From contig CBDDPU010000004.1 of assembly GCA_965232435.1 (NCBI GenBank), positions 240,974-304,973 on the forward strand: DNA of 64,000 nt. Reading direction: 5' to 3'. Source of the stretch: Dehalococcoidia bacterium (GTDB taxonomy: Bacteria > Chloroflexota > Dehalococcoidia > Lucifugimonadales > VXLM01). Of this stretch, positions 10,076 through 17,827 are shown in pieces. The number at the start of each line of letters is the position of its first letter. The stretch's first letter is position 1. The notes beneath the pieces were generated by a model. The model did not search any database. It saw only the letters and a list, made by a program, of their open reading frames with translations, and was not told the DNA's origin. The position numbers and the translations under genes were made by a program.

Positions 10076-10404
10076 CTCAAGCGTACCACGCGCCCCCCTG
10101 CTTCGTCAATGAAAATTCTCGATACGTAACCGCTCCCTCCATGTCCCGCAGAACACTCTGCGTCCCTTAATGATACCCATTCGCACGCCGAAAAACGTCG
10201 ATCTCTCTTCCGGAGAACGGCATCCGTCCTTTCTCACGAAGGCAAAGACGTTTGAACACTTTCAGGAGTTTGGGCTATCATCGAATCAGCGAATTACCAT
10301 GTCCAACCCGGCGTTATGCTGATGTGAGTCACGACCGAGTTGGAGCAATGATCGGGGAGCGTTCCCCTTGGAAGATGTACATCATCCGACCCGGAGGCTA
10401 ATAG

Positions 10405-11535
10405 GTGAAACCTGACACCCGGCAGCGTCTGGACTCGCTTCAGCAGAAGTTCGATGACCTAAGCGCGCGACTCGTCGGCTATCCCTGCAACCAAAACTTC
10501 GACTACTCGGCCCTGCTGCCCTTCCTGAGCTATCTCGGCAACAACGTCGGCGACCCGTTCCATGACAGCAACCTTCAGTTGAACACTCACGAAATGGAGC
10601 GGGAGGTCGTCGAGTTTTTTGCCGAAATGATGCGCTTGCCTCGAGAACAAGCATGGGGATATGTAACGTCCGGCGGTACCGAGGGCAACATGTACGGACT
10701 CTACATGGGACGCGAGACGTACCCCGACGGCGTAGTGTACTTCTCCCAAGATACTCACTACAGCGTTGTGAAAATTCTCCGAGTGCTCAAGGCGCGGAAT
10801 ATCATGATCAAAAGCCAAGATAATGGCGAAATTGACTACGACGACCTCTACGAAACAATCAAGATCAACCGCGACGTGCCGGTCATCTTCATGGCGAACA
10901 TCGGGACGACCATGAAGGGCGCTGTGGACAACATCGGAAAAGTGCGAGATATCCTCGACGATCTGGCGGTCGCCAACTCTTACATACACGCGGACGCGGC
11001 TTTGAGCGGTATGATTCTTCCGTTCGTAAACGACCCGCAGCCCTACGGATTCGACGCCGGCTTCGACAGCGTGGCGGTCAGCGGGCATAAGATGGTCGGT
11101 TCTCCCCTCCCCTGCGGCATTGCCGTCACCAAGCAGGAATACGTCTCGCGAATCGCGCGGTCCATCGAGTACGTCGGCGTACTCGACACAACGCTAACCG
11201 GGTCGCGAAATGCGCTAACCCCGCTCATGATGTGGTACGCTTTGCGTGAGTATGGAATGGACGGCTATCGAGAAATAGTAGCCGAGTGCCTCGAAGTCGC
11301 CGAGTATGCCGTTGCCCGCTTCAACGACTCCGGCATCCCGGCGTGGAGGAACAAAAACTCCGTGACGGTGGTTTTCCCAAAGCCCTCGGCGCGAGTGATC
11401 CGCAAGTGGCAAATAGCCCCGTATGAAGAAATCGCCCATATTATCACCATGCCCCACGTGACGAGAGAAATGGTGGACGCGGTGGTCGACGACTGTCTGC
11501 AAGACCCGCAGGGAAATGGGAGATCACCAAAATGA
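10405..11535 (+). CDS. hdc: PLP-dependent histidine decarboxylase (group II, Gram-negative type)
   Basis: It is near full-length colinear with my recollection of enterobacterial Hdc: GYP...FDY, WGYVTSGGTEGNMYG, DTHYSV, HADAALSGMILPF and SGHKMVGSPLPCG (PLP lysine). It is 376 aa against roughly 378 aa. The GTG start has GGAGG 6 nt upstream. Confidence 0.85.
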   Translation: MKPDTRQRLDSLQQKFDDLSARLVGYPCNQNFDYSALLPFLSYLGNNVGDPFHDSNLQLNTHEMEREVVEFFAEMMRLPREQAWGYVTSGGTEGNMYGLYMGRETYPDGVVYFSQDTHYSVVKILRVLKARNIMIKSQDNGEIDYDDLYETIKINRDVPVIFMANIGTTMKGAVDNIGKVRDILDDLAVANSYIHADAALSGMILPFVNDPQPYGFDAGFDSVAVSGHKMVGSPLPCGIAVTKQEYVSRIARSIEYVGVLDTTLTGSRNALTPLMMWYALREYGMDGYREIVAECLEVAEYAVARFNDSGIPAWRNKNSVTVVFPKPSARVIRKWQIAPYEEIAHIITMPHVTREMVDAVVDDCLQDPQGNGRSPK

Positions 11536-11924
11536 ACAGAATCATCGTCTTGGCGAAGAATGAGGTCGGAGTCATCGCCGACATCAGCAGAGCATTGGCC
11601 GACGAGGGAATCAACATCGAGACGATCAGCGCCGAAGGCTTCCGTGAAAAGGGTGCAATCACGCTGACCACGGACGCGTACGACGACGCCCTCCGGGCCC
11701 TCACGAACGCAGGCTTCAAAACTCTCTCCGACGATTCCCTGGTCTTCAGGCTTCGCGACGAGCCCGGCGCACTCGCAATGGTGGCCGAAAGGTTCAAAGA
11801 CGCCGGCGTAAACATCCAGAGCCTCCACATCGTCGATCGCAAGAACGGACATACCATCGTAGCCCTTTCGGCCGATGACCGCGTGAAAGCCGAAACCCTA
11901 GTGGACAAGGCAGCCCTGCTCTAA
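11532..11924 (+). CDS. Stand-alone tandem ACT-domain protein
   Basis: Two repeats of about 65 aa each carry the ACT signature (NEVGVIADISRALADEGINI and DEPGALAMVAERFKDAGVNI). The start overlaps the hdc stop (ATGA). Confidence 0.7.
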   Translation: MNRIIVLAKNEVGVIADISRALADEGINIETISAEGFREKGAITLTTDAYDDALRALTNAGFKTLSDDSLVFRLRDEPGALAMVAERFKDAGVNIQSLHIVDRKNGHTIVALSADDRVKAETLVDKAALL

Positions 11925-12128
11925 TCTCGCGAATTCCTCCGACACCGCAGAGCATGAAAGTTTCGTTGTTCAGCCGATTCCACATCGCTACAATAAGACA
12001 ACAAGCCGACGGATCGCGTCTTGCGGCGCCCTTGATTTGCCAATCCCTCCTGCCCGCCTCTACGACTCGCGTCGCCGTGACCGTGTGGCTACAATCCGAA
12101 TCCCTTGGCGGACACAACATGAGGAAGC

Positions 12129-13220
12129 ATGAGTAAAGGAAGAGTGATAGTCGCAATGAGCGGGGGCGTGGACTCCTCCGTGGCCGCGCTGCTGCTGCAT
12201 CGGCAAGGCTATGAAGTCATTGGAGTCACTATGCGCCTCTGGACTGTGGAGCGTGACGACGTCCCCGCCCACAGCAAGCGATGCTGCTCGGTCGAAGACG
12301 TGCAGGACGCGCGACGAGTTTGCCAAACCATCGGCGTGCCGCACTATGTCCAGAACTTCGAGCGCGAGTTCCAAGCCCACGTTGTCGACTATTTCGTCGA
12401 AGAGTACGACCGCGGCAGAACGCCTCACCCCTGCCTGGCGTGTAATGATAAAATCAAGTTCGATTTCTTGCTCCGACGCGCCATTTTCCTAGACGCCGAC
12501 TACATCGCCACCGGCCACTACGCCCGCATCAGGAACGGCGGCGCGTCGTACCGGCTCCTGAAGGGCGCCGATTCCGCCAAAGACCAATCCTACGTCCTGT
12601 TTACCTTAACCCAGCCGGAGCTGAGCCGCCTGCTCTTCCCGGTTGGCGAGTACCCAAAGGCGCGAATACGAGAATTGGCCGCCGAGGCCGGACTGCCGGT
12701 CGCCGACAAACCCGACAGCCAAGAAATCTGCTTCATCCCCGACGACAACTACCGCGCCTTCCTCGCAGACCGGACACGCCCCCAGCCCGGGGATTTCATC
12801 GACACCGAAGGCGCAGTGCTGGGAAGGCATCCGGGCGTGCAGTTCTTCACCATCGGGCAGCGGCGGGGACTCGGCCTTGACGGCGGACCGAGCAAACCGA
12901 GATACGTCGTGAAGATCGACGCGCCGGCGAACCGCGTCACCCTGGGCGATCATGACGACCTGTATCGATCCCAAATGTGGGCATCCCGCATAAATTTCCC
13001 CTCGGAACTTGCCGTCGGGGAATCTCGAAAAGTAACCGCAAAGATCAGATACAAGGCTTCCGAATCGCCCGCCACTGTCACCCTTCACGACGGATACGCC
13101 GAAATCCGCTTCGACGAGCCACAGCGGGCGGTCACCCCGGGACAGGCGGTCGTGTTTTACAGCGGCGATGAACTGGTCGGCGGAGGAATCATCGAAATCG
13201 ACCCGCCGGGCTCCGCCTGA
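12129..13220 (+). CDS. mnmA: tRNA 2-thiouridine(34) synthase
   Basis: PP-loop VIVAMSGGVDSSVAA, catalytic Cys context RCCSVED and KDQSYVL. Confidence 0.95.
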   Translation: MSKGRVIVAMSGGVDSSVAALLLHRQGYEVIGVTMRLWTVERDDVPAHSKRCCSVEDVQDARRVCQTIGVPHYVQNFEREFQAHVVDYFVEEYDRGRTPHPCLACNDKIKFDFLLRRAIFLDADYIATGHYARIRNGGASYRLLKGADSAKDQSYVLFTLTQPELSRLLFPVGEYPKARIRELAAEAGLPVADKPDSQEICFIPDDNYRAFLADRTRPQPGDFIDTEGAVLGRHPGVQFFTIGQRRGLGLDGGPSKPRYVVKIDAPANRVTLGDHDDLYRSQMWASRINFPSELAVGESRKVTAKIRYKASESPATVTLHDGYAEIRFDEPQRAVTPGQAVVFYSGDELVGGGIIEIDPPGSA

Positions 13221-13305
13221 GCTCGCCCCACCCCGATCTCGCTCATTTCGGTATACTGCTTCCTGTTCCGCCATCCACTAACCGCCGGCAGCGACAGGTG
13301 CGAAT

Positions 13306-13965
13306 TTGCCATCCGGGACGTCGTTGAAAGAGAAAACGACATCGCACGCCCCCTACAACGAGGAGAGCGCTCTCTTGGATCTCGGGTATTCTTACGTGGC
13401 CGGCATCGACGAGGTCGGAAGAGGTCCGCTCGCGGGGCCCGTCGTGGCCGGTGTCGTGATTCTTCCTCCACACCCGAGCGGAGAATGGCTGCGCGGAATT
13501 CGAGACAGCAAGGCTATGACTGCCGCACAGCGCGAACGCTCATATGATGCGATAGTAGAAAACGCCTGGGCCGCCGCGACAGGGCAAGCATCCTCATCGG
13601 AAATCGACGACAACGGCATCGTGGCCGCGACAGCCCTCGCGATGACACGAGCACTGGACTCGCTCGCGCTCATGCCGCAGTACCTGCTCATCGATGCCTT
13701 CCCTCTTCCCAACGTCGATATACCCCAAAAGGCCATCGTCAAGGGCGATGCGCTGAGTCTCTCTATAGCCGCGGCTTCGGTCGTGGCAAAAGTCACCCGA
13801 GACCGCATCATGAAAAAAATCGACCTCGTCTATCCCGAGTACGGTTTTGCCAGTCACAAGGGCTACGGCAGCGCCGAGCACATCCGCATGATCGAAACCC
13901 TCGGGCCATGTCCCGCCCACCGATACTCGTTCTCGCCGATCCGAAATTCCGGCCACACGAGATGA
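13306..13965 (+). CDS. rnhB: Ribonuclease HII
   Basis: GIDEVGRGPLAGPVV active-site motif and DSK..SHKGYGSAEH. The TTG start at 13306 is uncertain. Confidence 0.9.
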   Translation: MPSGTSLKEKTTSHAPYNEESALLDLGYSYVAGIDEVGRGPLAGPVVAGVVILPPHPSGEWLRGIRDSKAMTAAQRERSYDAIVENAWAAATGQASSSEIDDNGIVAATALAMTRALDSLALMPQYLLIDAFPLPNVDIPQKAIVKGDALSLSIAAASVVAKVTRDRIMKKIDLVYPEYGFASHKGYGSAEHIRMIETLGPCPAHRYSFSPIRNSGHTR

Positions 13966-14333
13966 CGACGCGACGACAGCGCACAGGAGAACTGGGCGAA
14001 GAGATCGCAGCCCGTCGGCTGCGCCAGGCCGGATACCGCATCCTGGAACGGAGATACCGCACGCCCTACGGGGAAATCGATCTCGTATGCGAACGCCGCG
14101 GAATGCTTTCATTTGTCGAAGTCAGGACGCGGCGAACAGCCGGCTTCGGATCGCCCGAAGAATCGATCACACCCAACAAAGCCGCCCACATGACCGAATC
14201 CGCCCAGCACTACATACAATCAGCTGGCATGGAGCACAGAGACTGGCGCATCGATCTCGTCGCCGTTGAGCTTGGGCAAAACGGCAAACTGCTGCGCGTC
14301 GAAATTATCGAAAACGCCATAGAAATTCACTAA
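13962..14333 (+). CDS. yraN: YraN-family (UPF0102) endonuclease-like protein
   Basis: GELGEEIAARRLRQAGYRILERRYRTPYGEIDLV..FVEVRTRR is the classic YraN pattern. The ATG at 13962 overlaps the rnhB stop (ATGA), so the longer ORF from 13908 is rejected. Confidence 0.8.
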   Translation: MTTRRQRTGELGEEIAARRLRQAGYRILERRYRTPYGEIDLVCERRGMLSFVEVRTRRTAGFGSPEESITPNKAAHMTESAQHYIQSAGMEHRDWRIDLVAVELGQNGKLLRVEIIENAIEIH

Positions 14334-14376
14334 AGAAACAAGCCTATCGCCCGGAGAGTTGCTGAATACCCCCTCA

Positions 14377-14473
14377 CTCGTCATTCCACCGCCTTCACCC
14401 ATTACACCAACAACCCACAATCATAACTCCGACAACCTGCAATCATCAGTCCAGCTCTCTCAATCGTCACTCC
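14377..14473. repeat. Five phased copies (about 21-bp period) of a degenerate motif (C)AATCNTCANTCC
   Basis: Copies are ctcgtcattcc (14377), cccattacacc (14398), caatcataactcc (14418), caatcatcagtcc (14440) and caatcgtcactcc (14461). They lie at the GC-rich edge of a 460-bp AT-rich intergenic region. Confidence 0.4.
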
Positions 14474-14796
14474 GGCAAAAGCCAAAGTCAAGAAAAGAAG
14501 ATAAGAACATTCTCCATAACCGCCTATAAAGAAATGTAACTGTGATCAATTGGCGAATTAGCTATCTTGACATTCTCAAACATTCTTCTGTCATCGCTGC
14601 TACGTATCTCATTACCACAAAGGAACTATTTACATAACTGAAAAATTTACAGTGCAACCTTGCAAACTTCTCATTACCCAAATGATATTGTTATATACCT
14701 GTCATTACGACAAAGTAGACCATTTGATCCATCATCATTACAAACGTACCTTACTCGTAACTGCCAACACTCCCTAATCGAGCATAGGAGAATTTC

Positions 14797-15534
14797 ATGA
14801 CAATACCACTCGAACGGATCAAGTCCATGCCGGCCTTCTCGCCCTACTTTCCCATGCCGCCGGCGCGATACCGCGGCGTCAAGTCCCAAATCGTCTACTT
14901 CCGCGCCAAACCCTCCGCCATCGACCGTGTGCTCCCGGAATGCTTCGAGCTTCCAAACGATCCCGTCTGCATGGCGATCGGATTATCCGTGCCCTGGTCC
15001 GCAAACTACGGAGCGTTCGACGAGAGCGCGCTGTCAGTCGCCTGCGCGTTTGAGGGCGAGAACGGCTGGTTCACCCCGGTCGCGTTTCTGAACTCCAAAT
15101 CAAGCATTCCCGCCGGACGAGAAATATACGGCACGCCCAAAGTCTGGGCCGACTTTGAAATCGGATTCGCCGAACGGGTCATGTACACCGATACCCTGGT
15201 CGCAGGCACAGCAATAATGAGCATCCGCTCGACCATGCACCGCGAAGCCGCCCCCGATGACATGCCCCCCTCGAAACGCTCGTGGCGGCTCAAGGCGATC
15301 CCGCGCGTCGACGGAAACGGCCTGGACGTGCTGCAGCTCGTCGACGGCGCAGACGTAGCTTCCGACAGGGAAATACACGTTTGCCGAGCAGGAGACGGTG
15401 TCGTACAGTTCACACCCTCGCCCGTGTACGACCTCTCCGGCTTCACCCCCATAGAGTACCTGGGCGCTTATTATATAGAGTCCGACTTTACCGAAAACTG
15501 GGGGCGAATCGTCCGAGACTTCCTCAAAGACTGA
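14797..15534 (+). CDS. Acetoacetate decarboxylase (ADC) family protein
   Basis: The N-terminal MPAFSPYFPMPPARYRG...VYFRAKPSAIDRVLPECFE matches the ADC-family pattern, and the 245-aa size is typical. Confidence 0.7.
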   Translation: MTIPLERIKSMPAFSPYFPMPPARYRGVKSQIVYFRAKPSAIDRVLPECFELPNDPVCMAIGLSVPWSANYGAFDESALSVACAFEGENGWFTPVAFLNSKSSIPAGREIYGTPKVWADFEIGFAERVMYTDTLVAGTAIMSIRSTMHREAAPDDMPPSKRSWRLKAIPRVDGNGLDVLQLVDGADVASDREIHVCRAGDGVVQFTPSPVYDLSGFTPIEYLGAYYIESDFTENWGRIVRDFLKD

Positions 15535-15827
15535 TGCACGTCGCGACGGCCAAAATCATCCTGCAACTGCCGGAAAACGGTAGCCTAAAGGACAAGCGGC
15601 GCGTGATCTCATCCCTTGCCGCGCGGACCAGGACCAAGTTCAACGTCTCGATTGCGGAAGTCGATTTCAATGACTCTTGGCACATGGCTGCCCTTGGACT
15701 AACCTGCGTCTCCAACTCCGCCCGTCACGTGGACGAAATGATCCGAAACGTCACCGCCCACATCGAGACGAACCTTGAAGACGGCTACGTCTCCGGTGTC
15801 GAGATCGAAGTGCTCTCAGGGTTCTAA
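15534..15827 (+). CDS. DUF503 (YlxP-like) protein
   Basis: AKIILQLPENGSLKDKRRVISSLAARTRTKFNVSIAEVD is the DUF503 signature. The ATG at 15534 shares one base with the ADC stop. The longer 15282 ORF overlaps ADC out of frame and is rejected. Confidence 0.75.
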   Translation: MHVATAKIILQLPENGSLKDKRRVISSLAARTRTKFNVSIAEVDFNDSWHMAALGLTCVSNSARHVDEMIRNVTAHIETNLEDGYVSGVEIEVLSGF

Positions 15828-15906
15828 CTCGCCGATCAAAGGGTAGACCCCAGCCGCCGGCCCACTGTACCCTACATCTCGGAACCATGGCCGCGAGGTC
15901 TCTTGC

Positions 15907-17037
15907 ATGAAGCATCTCTCTATACTGGCGCCGCTCATATTCGCGCTAATCACCGCCTGCGACGAGCCCGAACAGGAACAGCCGGCCGAGTTTGCTCCAC
16001 GCAATCTCACTGTCCTCGTCGGAGGCGCCCGAGGCACGAGTTCCCTCAATGAGTTCTTCCCCCGCTCTATCGAGATCCGAGCCGGCGACACCGTAACTTG
16101 GCGCATGAACGGAAACGCCGACGATCCCCATACCGTCACTTTTGCCCACGACCTGGACGAGGTCATCGACATCGTGCCTCGCCCAAACGCCGAACCCGGC
16201 GAGTTCATCTTCGCCCCGACGCTTGTCGACCCAACTCGACGACCCGGAGCCGCCGTGGAGGAGTACCGCGGCGGAGGCTACTTCAACTCCGGAATCATGT
16301 TCGGATACCAAATCGGCGCAGACGTGCCCCTCATCGACACCTTTTCACTGAAATTCCCCGAACCCGGAATCTATCAGTACATCTGCGGCATCCATGAGTT
16401 CCATCGCGGCACGGTCGTGGTCAAAGACGCCACCGATCCGGACCTGCCAAACCAAGAAGACATCGACCGTGCCGCACGGCTCCAAATGGAATTCGGCATG
16501 GGCCTTGTCAACTCGCTTCAGAGCCTCGTCGCGCAGGAAACCACCGTGCTGGATGTGGAAGTGGGCCCGAACGACACGTCGCGGTACGTCGTGGCGGCCG
16601 GAATGGGAACGCCGGAAGCCGAAGTACTGGAATTCTTCCCCCGAAACCTGCAAATCAAAAAAGGCGACACGGTCACGTGGGTCTCCACCCGTTTCCATGC
16701 CGTCGTATTCGCCGCCGACGGCGGAGTGCCGGTCTTCTACCAAACGGAACCGCGCATCCGTGGCACGCCTTATATTGTCGCAAACCCATGTATTCTCTTC
16801 CCGTCCGACCAGGTGCCCGGCGACAGCTTCCCCGACAATCCATGCGCTCCCACGCCTGAAGGCCCGCCCTCACCGGAGTATGACGGCAGCGGCTTCCGCA
16901 GTTCCGGTCTCATCGGATACGGTCAGCGCCCCGGTGGGCTCGGCTATACGCTGACATTCACTGAGGCGGGTACATTCTCCTACTCCTGCCCCATACATCG
17001 CGGCATGGTTGGTCGCGTGACGGCCAGCGACGAGTAA
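15907..17037 (+). CDS. Lipoprotein with two cupredoxin (blue-copper-like) domains
   Basis: Signal peptide plus lipobox LITAC. Two C-terminal copper-loop-like motifs are present: YQYICGIHEFHRGTVVV, and FSYSCPIHRGMVGRV (C-x2-H-x2-M, as in amicyanin). Confidence 0.65.
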   Translation: MKHLSILAPLIFALITACDEPEQEQPAEFAPRNLTVLVGGARGTSSLNEFFPRSIEIRAGDTVTWRMNGNADDPHTVTFAHDLDEVIDIVPRPNAEPGEFIFAPTLVDPTRRPGAAVEEYRGGGYFNSGIMFGYQIGADVPLIDTFSLKFPEPGIYQYICGIHEFHRGTVVVKDATDPDLPNQEDIDRAARLQMEFGMGLVNSLQSLVAQETTVLDVEVGPNDTSRYVVAAGMGTPEAEVLEFFPRNLQIKKGDTVTWVSTRFHAVVFAADGGVPVFYQTEPRIRGTPYIVANPCILFPSDQVPGDSFPDNPCAPTPEGPPSPEYDGSGFRSSGLIGYGQRPGGLGYTLTFTEAGTFSYSCPIHRGMVGRVTASDE

Positions 17038-17053
17038 GGCCGGAAATTACGAC

Positions 17054-17824
17054 GTGCGAGTCAATGGCAAAGTCGCCCTTCTCACCGGGGCCGCCTCCGG
17101 CATCGAAGGTCGCCTCAATGGGCTGGGAGGCGCCGCCGCCCGCCTGCTGGCTCGTGAGGGCGCAAGGGTCGTCATCACCGACCTGAATGACGAACTCGGT
17201 GAGCAAACCGCCGCGGCAATTCGCGAGTCGGGAGGCCAAGCGACGTACCTCCATCTGGACGTTACGGATGAAACCGCGTGGAAGCGCGCGATCGCTCGAA
17301 CGGTCGAACTCTATGGGCGCCTCGATGTGCTGGTGCATTCCGCCGGAGTAACCTTCCGCACAACCGTCGAGGAGACCGGCGAAGAACTCTGGGACCTTCA
17401 AATGAACGTGCACGTCAAGGGAGCTTTCTTCGGCACGAAGCACGCCATCCCCGAAATGCGGAAAGTGAAAGGGGGATCAATCGTCCTCATCTCTTCGCTG
17501 GCAGGATTGGTCGGCAGCGCATCATCAACGGGCTACCATACCGCCAAGGGTGCAGTGCGCATATTCGCCAAGACCGCAGCCGTTCAGTACGCGGGCGAAA
17601 ACATCCGGGTGAACTCGATCCACCCCGGCTTCGTGCTCACGCCGATGTTCGAGCCGCTCATTCACGATCCCGCCCAGGTGGAAGAGCGGCTGGCGAAGGT
17701 CCCCATGGGACGGCTCGGCCAACCGGAAGAGATCGCCAACGTCATCCTGTTCCTTGCATCCGATGAGTCGTCGTTTATCACGGGCACAGAACTACCCGTC
17801 GACGGCGGATACACTGCCCTATAG
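17054..17824 (+). CDS. Short-chain dehydrogenase/reductase (SDR)
   Basis: TGAASGI...G dinucleotide loop (with an unusual insertion), NSAG-like HSAG, catalytic S..YHTAKGAV, and PG..TPM. GTG start. Confidence 0.85.
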   Translation: MRVNGKVALLTGAASGIEGRLNGLGGAAARLLAREGARVVITDLNDELGEQTAAAIRESGGQATYLHLDVTDETAWKRAIARTVELYGRLDVLVHSAGVTFRTTVEETGEELWDLQMNVHVKGAFFGTKHAIPEMRKVKGGSIVLISSLAGLVGSASSTGYHTAKGAVRIFAKTAAVQYAGENIRVNSIHPGFVLTPMFEPLIHDPAQVEERLAKVPMGRLGQPEEIANVILFLASDESSFITGTELPVDGGYTAL

Positions 17825-17827
17825 CGA

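Noticed and set aside
9922-10170. An 82-aa plus-strand ORF between ilvB and hdc.
   Set aside because: It lies antisense to the T-box leader (stem I and specifier region). It has no ribosome-binding site and no recognisable fold.
10240-10275. A possible promoter for hdc, TTGAAC-18nt-TATCAT.
   Set aside because: The -10 match is weak and the spacing is non-optimal. It is not distinguishable from chance without transcript data.
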